Assembly (NCBI GenBank): GCA_021162125.1
Contig: JAGGZG010000348.1
Location: forward strand, 1 to 41,388
DNA: 41,388 bases
DNA from: Anaerolineae bacterium
GTDB lineage: Bacteria > Chloroflexota > Anaerolineae > JACIWR01
Reading direction: 5' to 3'
Positions 30,873 through 39,340 of this stretch are shown here, piece by piece. A program made the translations under genes and the position numbers. Numbering within the stretch: the stretch's first letter is position 1; each line of letters opens with the position of its first letter. A model generated the notes under the pieces. The model saw only the letters and a program-made list of their open reading frames with translations, ran no database searches and was not told the DNA's origin.

Positions 30873-30931
30873 TGGGTGCGATTGTGGTTTTAGGCAACGA
30901 AAAAAAATTTTACTACAGAAACCTGAAAAAG

Positions 30932-33900
30932 TCAAATCCTATCTACGTCCCCTCCAAAGCCCAGCAACCCCAGGCCGGAGCCCAGGCGGGGGAGACTTTC
31001 TTTCTCCTCCTCTTTCCCGAATTCGATCACCTCACCGTTCTCTCCCAGGGCCTCCACAGACAACCCCAAACTTTGCAGCTCTTTGACCAGTACCCGGAAC
31101 GAAGCCGGCACGCCGGGCTCACTCACCTCTTCGCCCTTGACAATGGCCTCGTAGGTCTTCACCCGGCCCGTCACATCGTCCGATTTCACGGTGAGCATTT
31201 CCTGCAGGGTATAGGCCGCACCGTAAGCCTCCAGCGCCCAGACCTCCATCTCACCGAACCGCTGCCCACCGAATTGCGCTTTGCCGCCCAGCGGCTGCTG
31301 AGTGACCAGGGAGTAAGGCCCTGTGGATCGAGCGTGTACCTTGTCCTCGACCAGATGTGCCAATTTCATCATGTGGATCATCCCCACCGTCACCGGTCGG
31401 TCGAAAGGCTCACCGGTCTTGCCGTCATACAGGATGATCTTACCGGTCGTGGGTAAGGGCCAGCCAGTGCGACGGCTCACCTCCTCAGCGTAGGCTCTCA
31501 GTTCTTCACCGGACAGATCAGGTGGAACCTCCTCACCCCGTTCCTCCAGCCATAATCGCAGGCAGGCCTCGACAGCCAGGATACCATCTCTGCGCTGCTC
31601 GACAATGGATCGAGGATCGTCCTCGAAAGCCAGCAGCACCTGGGGATCATACCCGCGCTCTTTCAGCCATTCCCGTAACACCGCCCGCCGGGCATAAACC
31701 TGGTCATAGGCCAACTGCTCTCCGTCGTAGTCACAGCCAATCTCCTCGAACCAGTGCAGGATATATTCCAGACGCGCTTCATCGTCGTTCTCGAGAGATT
31801 CGGTGTCAATGCCCTCTTCCCTGAGCCAATCCCAGGCGCGGCGAGTGGCTTCGGCCCACGCTTTATCTATCATCCACGCCCGTGCCAGTTCGGCTTCGAT
31901 CTCCTCCTCATCCGCTCCATCGAAAACGGGGCTCACCGCGTGGAAGCCCAGCCGATCAGCCGCCCAGCCCAGGTGCGTTTCCAGAATCTGCCCGATGTTC
32001 ATCCGGCCCGGCACGCCCAGCGGGTTGAGGATGATCTCTACCGGTGTGCCGTCTGGCAAGAACGGCATATCCTCGATAGGCACTACCCTGGAGATGACCC
32101 CCTTGTTCCCGTGCCGGCCAGCCATCTTGTCGCCCTCAGTGATCTTCCGTTGCTGCGCCACACTAACGCGCACTAGCTGATTGACGCCCGTCTGCAGATC
32201 ACGGTGCTCCTCGCGATCGAAGATCTTGACGTCCACCACCTTGCCCCTCTCACCGTGCGGCATACGCAGCGACGAGTCTTTGACCTCTCGCGCCTTCTCA
32301 CCGAAAATGGCACGCAACAACTTCTCCTCCGGTGTGAGCTCCTTCTCACCTTTGGGGGTGATCTTGCCGACCAGAATGTCGCTGGGCCCAACCTCGGCCC
32401 CGATGCGCACAATGCCGTTTTCGTCAAGATTCTTGAGTGCATCTTCGCCAACGTTGGGGATGTCGCGGGTGATCTCCTCTGGACCGAGTTTGGTCTCACG
32501 CGCTTGGATCTCGTGCTTCTCGATGTGGATAGAAGTGAACTTGTCCTCGCGCACCAGGCTCTCGCTGATAATGATGGCGTCCTCATAGTTGTTGCCCTCC
32601 CACGACATGAAGGCAACGAACACGTTTTGCCCCAGAGCCAGCGCGCCATGATCGGTGGACGACGAATCCGCCAGCACGTCACCTTTCTTGACCCGCTGTC
32701 CCTTGCTCACAACTGGCCGCTGATCAATGCAGGTGGACTGGTTGGAGCGATTGAACCTGCGCAGCCGATAGGTCCGTAACCCATCTTCATTGGCCACGAC
32801 TATTTGTTGCCCGGTGACGCTGACTACTTCCCCATCCTCCTGAGCCACGACCACCTGCCCAGAATCACGCGCCGCGCTATATTCCATTCCCGTGATCACC
32901 GTGGCCACTTCCGGAGCCAGGAGCGGCACCGCCTGGCGTTGCATATTAGAGCCCATCAAGGCACGGTTGGCATCGTCGTGCTCCAGGAAGGGAATCAGCG
33001 AGGCGGAAATACCAACAACCTGCTTGGGCGATACGTCCATGTAATCGATTTTATCTGGCGATTCGAACAGGAAGCTCTGGCTGCGACGCACAGAGACACG
33101 ATTCCCGACGAAGTGGCCTTTCTCATCCAGTTCAGCGTTGGCCTGGGCAATAGTGAAACGGTCCTCCTTGTCCGCCGTCAGGTAAACGATTTCATTCGTC
33201 ACCACGGGCCGGATTTTGACCTCGTCCACCAGGGGCAGGGCAGCGATCCTCTCAGCCAATTCGGGAGTCACCTCCACGCCGGCCTCGGCCACCACCTCAC
33301 CGCTCTCAGGATCCACGACCTGCTCACGGAGCGTCTGGCCGACCAATTTATCGACCTCATTGGGCACAGTACGCACTACCTTCCGGTACGGTGTCTCAAT
33401 GAAACCGTACTCATTCACCCGAGCATAGCTGGCCAGGCGGCCAATCAGCCCGATGTTCGGCCCCTCCGGGGTCTCGATGGGGCAGATGCGCCCGTAGTGG
33501 GAGTGGTGCACGTCACGCACGTCAAAGCCGGCCCGCTCGCGGCGCAACCCCCCTGGCCCCAGCGCGCTCAGCGTACGTTTGTGGGTAAGCTCCGTCAGGG
33601 GGTTGGTCTGATCCATGAACTGGGACAACTGACTGGAGCCAAAGAACTCGCGGACGGCGGCCACCACCGGCCGGATGTTGATCAGCGCTACGGGAGTAAC
33701 GTCTTCAGCGTCGCGAATGCTCATCCGCTCCCGCACCACCCGCTCCATGCGCCGTAACCCGATGCGCAACTTGTTCTGAATGAGCTCCCCTACCGTTTTC
33801 ACCCGCCGGTTGCCCAGGTGATCAATATCGTCCGGGTCCTCCAGGCCGTTGTTCACACGGATCATCCGCTCCACTACCTTGATCAGATCCAACTTGGTCA

Positions 33901-34861
33901 GCGTGCGATGGTAGGAGGGAATGTCCAATCCCAGGCGCTGGTTGAGCTTGTAACGCCCTACCCGCCCAAGATCGTAACGTCGTTGATCAAAAATCTGCGA
34001 GATCAGGTAATCCCTGGCGTTATCCAACGTGGGCGGATCACCCGGTCGCATGCGCTTGTAGAACTCCAGCAACGCTTCCTGAGCTATCGTGCGCCCACTC
34101 TTGAGCTCCCACGCGGGCTCCTGGCGAATCGTCGCCGCGATGTACCGATGGCTAGGATGGGTATCAGATTCGGCGAAAATCTCCAACAGCTCCCCATCGC
34201 TGCCCTCGGTAAGCACACCGTCCTCCAATCCATCGTCCACCGCGGCGAGAGCCCGCAGCAAGATGGTCACCGGGATGGTGCGCTTACGGTTAAACTTTAG
34301 CGTCAAGTAGTCGCTTTTGCGGGTCTCGAACTCCATCCAGGCCCCCCTATCAGGGATGAGCTTAGCCTGGCTGAGCAGACGCCCGGTGGTACGATCCTCC
34401 TCAGCATCAAAGTAGACGCCGGGGGAACGAATGAGCTGGCTGACCACCACCCGCTCAGTGCCGTTAATGATAAACGTACCATTCTCGGTCATCAGCGGGA
34501 AATCGCCCAGAAAGATTTTGGAGCGGACGTGCTCATCAGTCTCACGGTTGTAAAGGTCAACCTCAACGTACAGGGGAGAGGCGAAAGTCATATCGCGTTC
34601 CAGACATTCTTGCTCCCCGTACTTTGGCTCTTCAAAATAATAGGACAAGCCCAATTGCCGGCTGACCGGATCGCGATGGGACGGGAAGTGCAGCGAGATA
34701 ACCCCATTAAAGCTTACAATGGGAGAGATCTCATCCAGCAGTTCCCGCAGCCCTTCTTTTTTGAACCACTCGAACGAGTTTCGTTGTATCTCGATCAACT
34801 CAGGAAGTGGATGCACGTCCGCGATGCGGGCGTATGACTTATACTTCGCATTCCAAGTCAT
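30932..34861 (-). CDS. rpoB: DNA-directed RNA polymerase subunit beta
   Basis: 1309 aa with rifampicin-cluster region [17 protein letters not shown], plus [59 protein letters not shown] 10 nt before ATG 34861. Confidence 0.97.
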   Translation of the reverse strand: MTWNAKYKSYARIADVHPLPELIEIQRNSFEWFKKEGLRELLDEISPIVSFNGVISLHFPSHRDPVSRQLGLSYYFEEPKYGEQECLERDMTFASPLYVEVDLYNRETDEHVRSKIFLGDFPLMTENGTFIINGTERVVVSQLIRSPGVYFDAEEDRTTGRLLSQAKLIPDRGAWMEFETRKSDYLTLKFNRKRTIPVTILLRALAAVDDGLEDGVLTEGSDGELLEIFAESDTHPSHRYIAATIRQEPAWELKSGRTIAQEALLEFYKRMRPGDPPTLDNARDYLISQIFDQRRYDLGRVGRYKLNQRLGLDIPSYHRTLTKLDLIKVVERMIRVNNGLEDPDDIDHLGNRRVKTVGELIQNKLRIGLRRMERVVRERMSIRDAEDVTPVALINIRPVVAAVREFFGSSQLSQFMDQTNPLTELTHKRTLSALGPGGLRRERAGFDVRDVHHSHYGRICPIETPEGPNIGLIGRLASYARVNEYGFIETPYRKVVRTVPNEVDKLVGQTLREQVVDPESGEVVAEAGVEVTPELAERIAALPLVDEVKIRPVVTNEIVYLTADKEDRFTIAQANAELDEKGHFVGNRVSVRRSQSFLFESPDKIDYMDVSPKQVVGISASLIPFLEHDDANRALMGSNMQRQAVPLLAPEVATVITGMEYSAARDSGQVVVAQEDGEVVSVTGQQIVVANEDGLRTYRLRRFNRSNQSTCIDQRPVVSKGQRVKKGDVLADSSSTDHGALALGQNVFVAFMSWEGNNYEDAIIISESLVREDKFTSIHIEKHEIQARETKLGPEEITRDIPNVGEDALKNLDENGIVRIGAEVGPSDILVGKITPKGEKELTPEEKLLRAIFGEKAREVKDSSLRMPHGERGKVVDVKIFDREEHRDLQTGVNQLVRVSVAQQRKITEGDKMAGRHGNKGVISRVVPIEDMPFLPDGTPVEIILNPLGVPGRMNIGQILETHLGWAADRLGFHAVSPVFDGADEEEIEAELARAWMIDKAWAEATRRAWDWLREEGIDTESLENDDEARLEYILHWFEEIGCDYDGEQLAYDQVYARRAVLREWLKERGYDPQVLLAFEDDPRSIVEQRRDGILAVEACLRLWLEERGEEVPPDLSGEELRAYAEEVSRRTGWPLPTTGKIILYDGKTGEPFDRPVTVGMIHMMKLAHLVEDKVHARSTGPYSLVTQQPLGGKAQFGGQRFGEMEVWALEAYGAAYTLQEMLTVKSDDVTGRVKTYEAIVKGEEVSEPGVPASFRVLVKELQSLGLSVEALGENGEVIEFGKEEEKESLPRLGSGLGLLGFGGDVDRI

Positions 34862-35191
34862 TATCTACTCGCTCCTTTATCCACACCACACGATGACACC
34901 AGGACATTTCTGCCAGGGGCATAAATCCCTAGGCGAAGGGGATGTTCTGCATTGTCATCTTTCGGGGGATCTGAAGAAATCTGGGCTGAGCCTTCGATGC
35001 TTCCGTCGGCGACTATATCCCCGGGTTGAACCAGACAAGTCACGTTTCCGCCTGGATTGCCAGGCACGCCGCTGGGCCCGCGCCATTGCAGGGGGGGAAG
35101 TCGGAAGGGGACTCAATTCACACAGCAAAAAACCCAATCCGCAGGCCTATCCGCTACGCAAATTGGGTTGCTAATCTATTTGCATCTGAGT

Positions 35192-35221
35192 ATTATACTA
35201 CTATATATGCAATTGTGTCAA
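35192..35221 (-). promoter_or_regulatory. Near-consensus sigma-70 promoter for rpoB (TTGACA-N18-TATAAT)
   Basis: The minus strand reads TTGACA (35221-35216), an 18-nt spacer, then TATAAT (35197-35192). An A-rich UP-like tract lies upstream. It sits in the only strongly AT-rich block of this region, about 330 nt upstream of the rpoB ATG. Confidence 0.6.
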
Positions 35222-35420
35222 GTACTTTTTAGATTACTCAGTTGTGGCTAGGAAGCATACCACCTGTTGTAGTGCTTACGACGCCCAGCACAACATGCGG
35301 TATGCCAAAACGTGCCTCTAGGGGAATGAATAGCTCTCTACGACCAGATACCAACTTTTCCGCCTATCAACCTTAAAAAATACGGAATAGATGGGAACAT
35401 GGCCTCCACAAGGGCACGCA

Positions 35421-35792
35421 TTACCCGTGAACCGGAGTCCTCGCTCCGGCATTAGCCCGCGCGTATACCACGTAAGCAATGATCCCCGCTACAGATAGCG
35501 CCGAGCCCAGTGCTGCCGCCCCAATCAGCAAGCCGCGCTTGGCCAACAACGAAGCTCCCGACCGCTTGCGTCCGGTCATGGCCAGCAAGCTTCGGCGCAA
35601 ACTTCGCACGAAAGCCGACGAGGGTTCCACCGGCAAAAGAGCCTGTTTCACCCTGGCCGCCACAGTCATCAGAGACTCCAGTTCGTCCTGCTGTCCGGAA
35701 ACCATGGCCAAGTACGTCTGAGGGTCCTCTTCACCTGCATTCAGGTCATTCGCTTGCAGGGCCAGTATTTCCCTTATCATCTTTTCTTCCAT
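35421..35792 (-). CDS. Putative anti-sigma factor (single-pass membrane protein, no zinc-binding HxxxCxxC motif)
   Basis: 123 aa, 50 nt downstream of the ECF sigma gene on the same strand. ATG 35792 lies 8 nt after AAGGAG. About 85-aa cytoplasmic part, one TM (GLLIGAAALGSALSVAGIIAYVVYA) and a ~12-aa external tail. The functional call rests on position only. Confidence 0.45.
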   Translation of the reverse strand: MEEKMIREILALQANDLNAGEEDPQTYLAMVSGQQDELESLMTVAARVKQALLPVEPSSAFVRSLRRSLLAMTGRKRSGASLLAKRGLLIGAAALGSALSVAGIIAYVVYARANAGARTPVHG

Positions 35793-35842
35793 AACCTGCG
35801 CTCCTTGCCTACACGCATGTCCAGCTACTGCCATGTACAGAG

Positions 35843-36412
35843 TCAGATCTTCTCTCCATCCACGTCCATCTCACCAGCAAGTTTCTCCCGCAGGGCCAGC
35901 AACGTGCGATGATACAAAGACTTAATCGCCCCCTCACTGCGTCCCATCACCCGCCCTATTTCCACATTGGACAGTCCAGCGGTAAACTTGAGGATGAGGA
36001 GCTGCTGCCTATCAGAAGGCAATTGCCTGATGGCTTTCAGAAGAGCATTGCGTTCCTCTTCGCTCTCTATAAGGCTTTCTGGCGCAACCTTGCGCTGACT
36101 GGCCACGACCACCTCGTCCAGAGCGATCACCTTGCGGCGGCTGCGATCACGATGCCAGTTGGCTACCTGGTTATGGGCGATGCGGTACAGCCAGGCAGAA
36201 AATGGCACCCCTCGGTTCTGATAGCGATCCAAGTTGCTCAGGGCGTGATAGAAAGTGCGCGCAGTCAGGTCTTCTGCGTCATGATGATTTCCCGTGCGAT
36301 AATAGACGTAGTTGTAGATTTTCTTCACATAGCGTTGGTACAACAGACCAAAAGCGGCGGGGTCCTCTTTGGCCCTCTCCACTAATGCCGCCTCGTTCTC
36401 CTCGATGGACAC
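35843..36412 (-). CDS. ECF-type RNA polymerase sigma-70 family factor
   Basis: Region 2 (FGLLYQRYVKKIYNYVYYRTGNHHDAEDLTARTF...FSAWLYRIAHNQVANWHR) and region 4 (LPSDRQQLLILKFTAGLSNVEIGRVMGRSEGAIKSLYHRTL). GTG start 36412 lies 8 nt after GGAGGAG. The longer ORF to 36529 would run through its own promoter. Confidence 0.88.
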   Translation of the reverse strand: MSIEENEAALVERAKEDPAAFGLLYQRYVKKIYNYVYYRTGNHHDAEDLTARTFYHALSNLDRYQNRGVPFSAWLYRIAHNQVANWHRDRSRRKVIALDEVVVASQRKVAPESLIESEEERNALLKAIRQLPSDRQQLLILKFTAGLSNVEIGRVMGRSEGAIKSLYHRTLLALREKLAGEMDVDGEKI

Positions 36413-36510
36413 TGGACAGACTCCTCCCAACCGCCCCTCCAGTGCTCTATATAAAGAAACACCGGAGACCAATTTTCGTTGCGTGCTCCTCGTTAGCCCG
36501 ATTCCTCCCA

Positions 36511-36539
36511 AGTATAGCAGAGTTGGCAAGGAAGGTCAA
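36511..36539 (-). promoter_or_regulatory. Candidate promoter of the ECF sigma operon (TTGACC-N17-TATACT)
   Basis: The minus strand reads TTGACC (36539-36534), a 17-nt spacer, then TATACT (36516-36511), about 100 nt upstream of the GTG start. Confidence 0.5.
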
Positions 36540-36586
36540 TTGCAGGCGTCACACCACAGGGCATAGCACAGCGATTACCCAGAAGT

Positions 36587-36615
36587 TTGACAACTCCTGA
36601 AAATGCCTGTAGAAT
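36587..36615 (+). promoter_or_regulatory. Candidate divergent promoter (TTGACA-N17-TAGAAT) for the exported jelly-roll protein
   Basis: TTGACA 36587-36592, 17-nt spacer, TAGAAT 36610-36615. It lies back-to-back with the sigma promoter, about 48 bp apart. Confidence 0.55.
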
Positions 36616-36683
36616 ATCGTCCGTGCACCTGCCCGGTCCGCCGGGTGGAATACAAATCACAATGTAACACAGGAGGTAACCCC

Positions 36684-37625
36684 TTGGACCACAAGGCAAA
36701 TTTCATCACGAGATTTCGGCTATTGATCGGGATCACACTTCTTGGGACCACGTTGTTTCTCGCCCTGGGAATTTCGCTCCACGCCCCGTCGCCCAGCGCA
36801 GCTTCGGAACTCATAGAGGGATCAGTGGATCTGCAGGCGTTGGACACCTCTCAGCAACCGGCACAGCAACCACAAGACACCTACCTGTATTACTTCCCCA
36901 TAATTGCCAAAGATTTCTGCCCTGTATGGCCCTGTCTGCAATTCAGCGACGACTTCAGTGATCCAACGAGCGGCTGGCCTCACGAGACTGTGTGGGGGGA
37001 TGAAGAAGATGAGCGTAAATACATCATCGGTTACTATCCCGGCAAATTTAATCTACCGAATAAGTATTTCATGCGCATCGCCCACGCGCGTCGTATAGTG
37101 GCCTCGCCGGGGCTGCACGCGCCCGGTGACTACATCATCGAAGCTGATATGATGTTCTGCGACGATGCGTACCTGGCTTCGGCGGGGCTGGTGTTCGGCG
37201 CCAGTGATAACCTGCACCAGTTCTACATGTTCTCCCTGGCCTACAACAACGATGACCACTGGTGTGCCGTGCGCAAATACGACCTCGATGGTGGCGGTAG
37301 CCCTTACCTGCGGAACCCCGACTGGGGTCCTTGTGGAGCTAATCCCGAGTACGAGGTCAATCATCTGAAAGTGGAGCGTGTTGGGACGAGCATCAAAGTG
37401 TATCTGAACGGCAACTTAATCTGGGCAGGCTCAGAGGGCAGTTACACCGGGGAACGACGGGTGGGGTTCATCCACGACAAGTACGAGATAGGTTACACCG
37501 GCGTGTATTTCGACAACTTCAAGCTCTGGAAAGTCCACCCCGATGACGGTTCTACGACTGCTTATAGCTCGGAAAAAGCAGAGCTAGAGCCTCTGGTAAT
37601 CACCTGGGATGAGGAAGAAAAATAA
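36684..37625 (+). CDS. Membrane-anchored/exported hypothetical protein with a concanavalin-A/LamG-like (DUF1080-like) beta-sandwich domain
   Basis: TTG start 7 nt after AGGAGG. The ATG at 36603 lies inside the promoter spacer and is rejected. N-terminal signal/anchor helix FRLLIGITLLGTTLFLALGI. The domain has FSDDFSDPTSGWP ... GLVFGASD ... HLKVERVGTSIKVYLNG ... VGFIH ... VYFDNFKLWKV. The fold assignment comes from motif resemblance only. Confidence 0.6.
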   Translation: MDHKANFITRFRLLIGITLLGTTLFLALGISLHAPSPSAASELIEGSVDLQALDTSQQPAQQPQDTYLYYFPIIAKDFCPVWPCLQFSDDFSDPTSGWPHETVWGDEEDERKYIIGYYPGKFNLPNKYFMRIAHARRIVASPGLHAPGDYIIEADMMFCDDAYLASAGLVFGASDNLHQFYMFSLAYNNDDHWCAVRKYDLDGGGSPYLRNPDWGPCGANPEYEVNHLKVERVGTSIKVYLNGNLIWAGSEGSYTGERRVGFIHDKYEIGYTGVYFDNFKLWKVHPDDGSTTAYSSEKAELEPLVITWDEEEK

Positions 37626-37732
37626 CCACTCGCCCTCCTGCAGATTAGAAGTCCCCTTGCATATTCCAACCCGGCGAGAGAGTGTTCGCCAACTTGCGGA
37701 AGGGTAGGCGGTAGGATGAGCGGGGGGCCGGC

Positions 37733-38236
37733 ATGAAACTGGGCCGTTCGTTGAATCTCTGCATTGCACTCGCTTCCTTGATTCTGGCCGGATGTCTCAC
37801 CCCGCCACCTTCATTGCCCCCATCGCCAGCGGACTTCACACCGACGCCGGATGCAGCACAAGCCATCGCCGAGTTGATCGCCACACATCGGGCCGCGGTG
37901 GTCGCCGACGACGTTCAAGGCCTACTCGACATCTGGGCGGAGGACGGCGTGATCCGCGATGCCAATCACACACCCGATGATCCCACCGATGACCATGTGT
38001 GGCGTGGGCTGGATGCGGTCCTCTCGTATTACACCACCATTCTCTTTCCGCTCTATCTCAATGAGGTAGGCCCCGTGGATACCGCCCTGACGATCAAAGG
38101 GCCTGAAGCAGTGATGACGGGCACAACGAAGATCGGTGATGAACTCTCACCCCGTGGAGAACAGTGGACTTTCGCTTTCCGAGATGGGAAATGGAAGATC
38201 ACCGGAATGACCTTCAACCTGGAACCCCGTCGCTGA
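37733..38236 (+). CDS. Lipoprotein with NTF2/SnoaL-like (DUF4440-like) domain
   Basis: Signal peptide with lipobox LILAGC. The mature part AIAELIATHRAAVVADDVQGLLDIWAEDGVIRD ... WTFAFRDGKWKITGMTF resembles the NTF2-like fold. Confidence 0.6.
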   Translation: MKLGRSLNLCIALASLILAGCLTPPPSLPPSPADFTPTPDAAQAIAELIATHRAAVVADDVQGLLDIWAEDGVIRDANHTPDDPTDDHVWRGLDAVLSYYTTILFPLYLNEVGPVDTALTIKGPEAVMTGTTKIGDELSPRGEQWTFAFRDGKWKITGMTFNLEPRR

Positions 38237-38299
38237 GAGGGCTGAGGGCAGGGGCGCAATAAGTTGGCGCTATCCCCGGGGGAAAAGGAATACGTCTCC

Positions 38300-38328
38300 T
38301 TGCATCAGACAGCGCTTTGCGATATAAT
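38300..38328 (+). promoter_or_regulatory. Near-consensus promoter TTGCAT-N17-TATAAT (presumed comEA promoter, now separated from comEA by an inserted element)
   Basis: TTGCAT 38300-38305, 17-nt spacer, TATAAT 38323-38328. Confidence 0.6.
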
Positions 38329-38523
38329 CAGTACTTGAGAAAAGTCGGTGCTGCTGCCGCGTCGCCTGGACGTGAACGTCCAGGCTGAGCGGGCGAAGAG
38401 TGCTGAAGCACCCTTTGCCAATGTGGACGGCGGCTCCGAGGCCACCACAGCCTGCTTCAGCAGGCTTCTGCTGCTGAGCCTGGCGCTTCAGCGCCGGGCG
38501 GGGGGCGGATTTCTCAACTACTG
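38329..38523. mobile_element. 195-bp palindromic MITE-like element with 14-bp terminal inverted repeats and a 5-bp ATAAT target-site duplication
   Basis: TIRs are CAGTACTTGAGAAA (38329-38342) and TTTCTCAACTACTG (38510-38523), 13/14 complementary. They are flanked by ATAAT at 38324-38328 and 38524-38528. Four internal hairpins have UGAA/UGAA/UUCA/UUCA loops (38364-38385, 38397-38414, 38449-38466, 38478-38499). No coding capacity. Confidence 0.65.
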
Positions 38524-38578
38524 ATAATGGGCCAAACGCGGGAGACAACGTGCCTCGTCGCTTTCAGGAGGGGGGGAG

Positions 38579-39193
38579 ATGAGCGACTGGCTACAGCGGT
38601 ATCGGGGTTACATTCTGATCACCCTGGTTTACCTGCTCATCAGTGGAGGTATGGTCCTCTTCTTGCGCCGCCCTGCCCCGCCAGCCATCGTCATCACCAC
38701 TCCGACTTCCACGCCTCTCCCGGAACCCACGGTGACTCCCACTCCAGCGCCGCTACGGGTGTACGTCACTGGCGCGGTCGTCCATCCCGATGTGTACCTG
38801 CTAGCGACAGGCAGCATCATCCGTGATGCGCTCGTCGCTGCCGGCGGAGCCACCAGCAACGCCGATCTCAACCGCATCAACTTGGCTCAGCAGGTGTACG
38901 ACCAACAGCAGATTTACGTCCCCCGGCTCGGCGAGGAGAATCCGCCAATCCCTCTGCCAGCCCCCCTGCCGTCAACCACCTCCAGCAGTGTGCAGCCCAC
39001 GGGCAAGGTGAACATCAACACCGCTACCGCCGAAGAACTTGATACCCTGCCGGGCATCGGGCCAGCCATCGCCCAACGGATCATCGAATATCGCCAGGCC
39101 AACGGCCCCTTCCAGTCCATCGAAGAGATCAAAAACGTATCCGGCATCGGGGACAAGCTCTTTGAACGGCTCAAAGACCTGATCACAGTGTGA
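38579..39193 (+). CDS. comEA: Competence protein ComEA (SLBB + helix-hairpin-helix DNA receptor)
   Basis: 204 aa: N-terminal TM anchor, SLBB-like VYVTGAVVHPDVYLLATGSIIRDALVAAGG, C-terminal VNINTATAEELDTLPGIGPAIAQRIIEYRQANGPFQSIEEIKNVSGIG. AGGAGGGGGG RBS. Confidence 0.9.
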   Translation: MSDWLQRYRGYILITLVYLLISGGMVLFLRRPAPPAIVITTPTSTPLPEPTVTPTPAPLRVYVTGAVVHPDVYLLATGSIIRDALVAAGGATSNADLNRINLAQQVYDQQQIYVPRLGEENPPIPLPAPLPSTTSSSVQPTGKVNINTATAEELDTLPGIGPAIAQRIIEYRQANGPFQSIEEIKNVSGIGDKLFERLKDLITV

Positions 39194-39270
39194 CTAGAAG
39201 GCGACTAACCCTCCTGCAGGCTTCTCGTTGTATGGTCACCCACCAGGGGTGACGTTGGGTTGATAGTTCT

Positions 39271-39306
39271 CAATCCCTCCGCAAGTAGGAACCTGCGGGA
39301 GGATTG
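39271..39306. repeat. Copy 3 (imperfect) of the CCCTCC-GCA-GT / ACCTGCGGGAGG hairpin family
   Basis: CAATCCCTCCGCAAGT (39271-39286) and ACCTGCGGGAGGATTG (39291-39306) pair with 3 mismatches, between comEA and the corrinoid protein gene. Confidence 0.5.
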
Positions 39307-39340
39307 ATTCTTTCAGAACGCAGAGGAGAAAACACACACC

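Noticed and set aside
30878-30889. 12-nt identity GCGATTGTGGTT between 30878-30889 and the reverse complement of 12038-12049
   Set aside because: With about 8e4 positions on two strands, hundreds of 12-mer coincidences are expected. The flanks do not extend the match.
32804-33757. 317-aa and several other plus-strand ORFs antisense to rpoB (30884-34837)
   Set aside because: Antisense to rpoB, with no independent signals.
34861-35067. 68-codon upstream ORF ending in TAATG at the rpoB start
   Set aside because: GTG start without SD and a non-protein-like sequence. rpoB has its own AAGGAG. It is kept only as a low-priority note in the leader finding.
36603-36683. ATG at 36603 as the start of the exported jelly-roll protein
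   Set aside because: The ATG lies inside the spacer of the TTGACA-N17-TAGAAT promoter, and the first 27 codons are Cys/Arg-rich. The TTG at 36684 has a perfect AGGAGG 7 nt upstream and begins the signal/anchor sequence.
38335-38520. Idea that the ~190-nt structured region downstream of a consensus promoter is 6S RNA, SRP RNA or a riboswitch
   Set aside because: No SRP helix-8 motifs, RNase P motifs or known riboswitch cores were seen. The two-fold symmetry, terminal inverted repeats and flanking ATAAT duplication are better explained by an inserted palindromic element. A cis-regulatory role is still possible (see findings).
38270-38548. 92-aa minus-strand ORF covering the palindromic element upstream of comEA
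   Set aside because: It lies wholly within the inverted-repeat element. Because the DNA is palindromic, both strands give similar open frames. No SD and low-complexity product.
39194-39340. Possible cobalamin riboswitch upstream of the corrinoid-protein gene
   Set aside because: No B12-box-like core (e.g. GCCACTG context) or the multi-stem architecture was recognisable. The region holds only a short terminator-like hairpin and the family hairpin.
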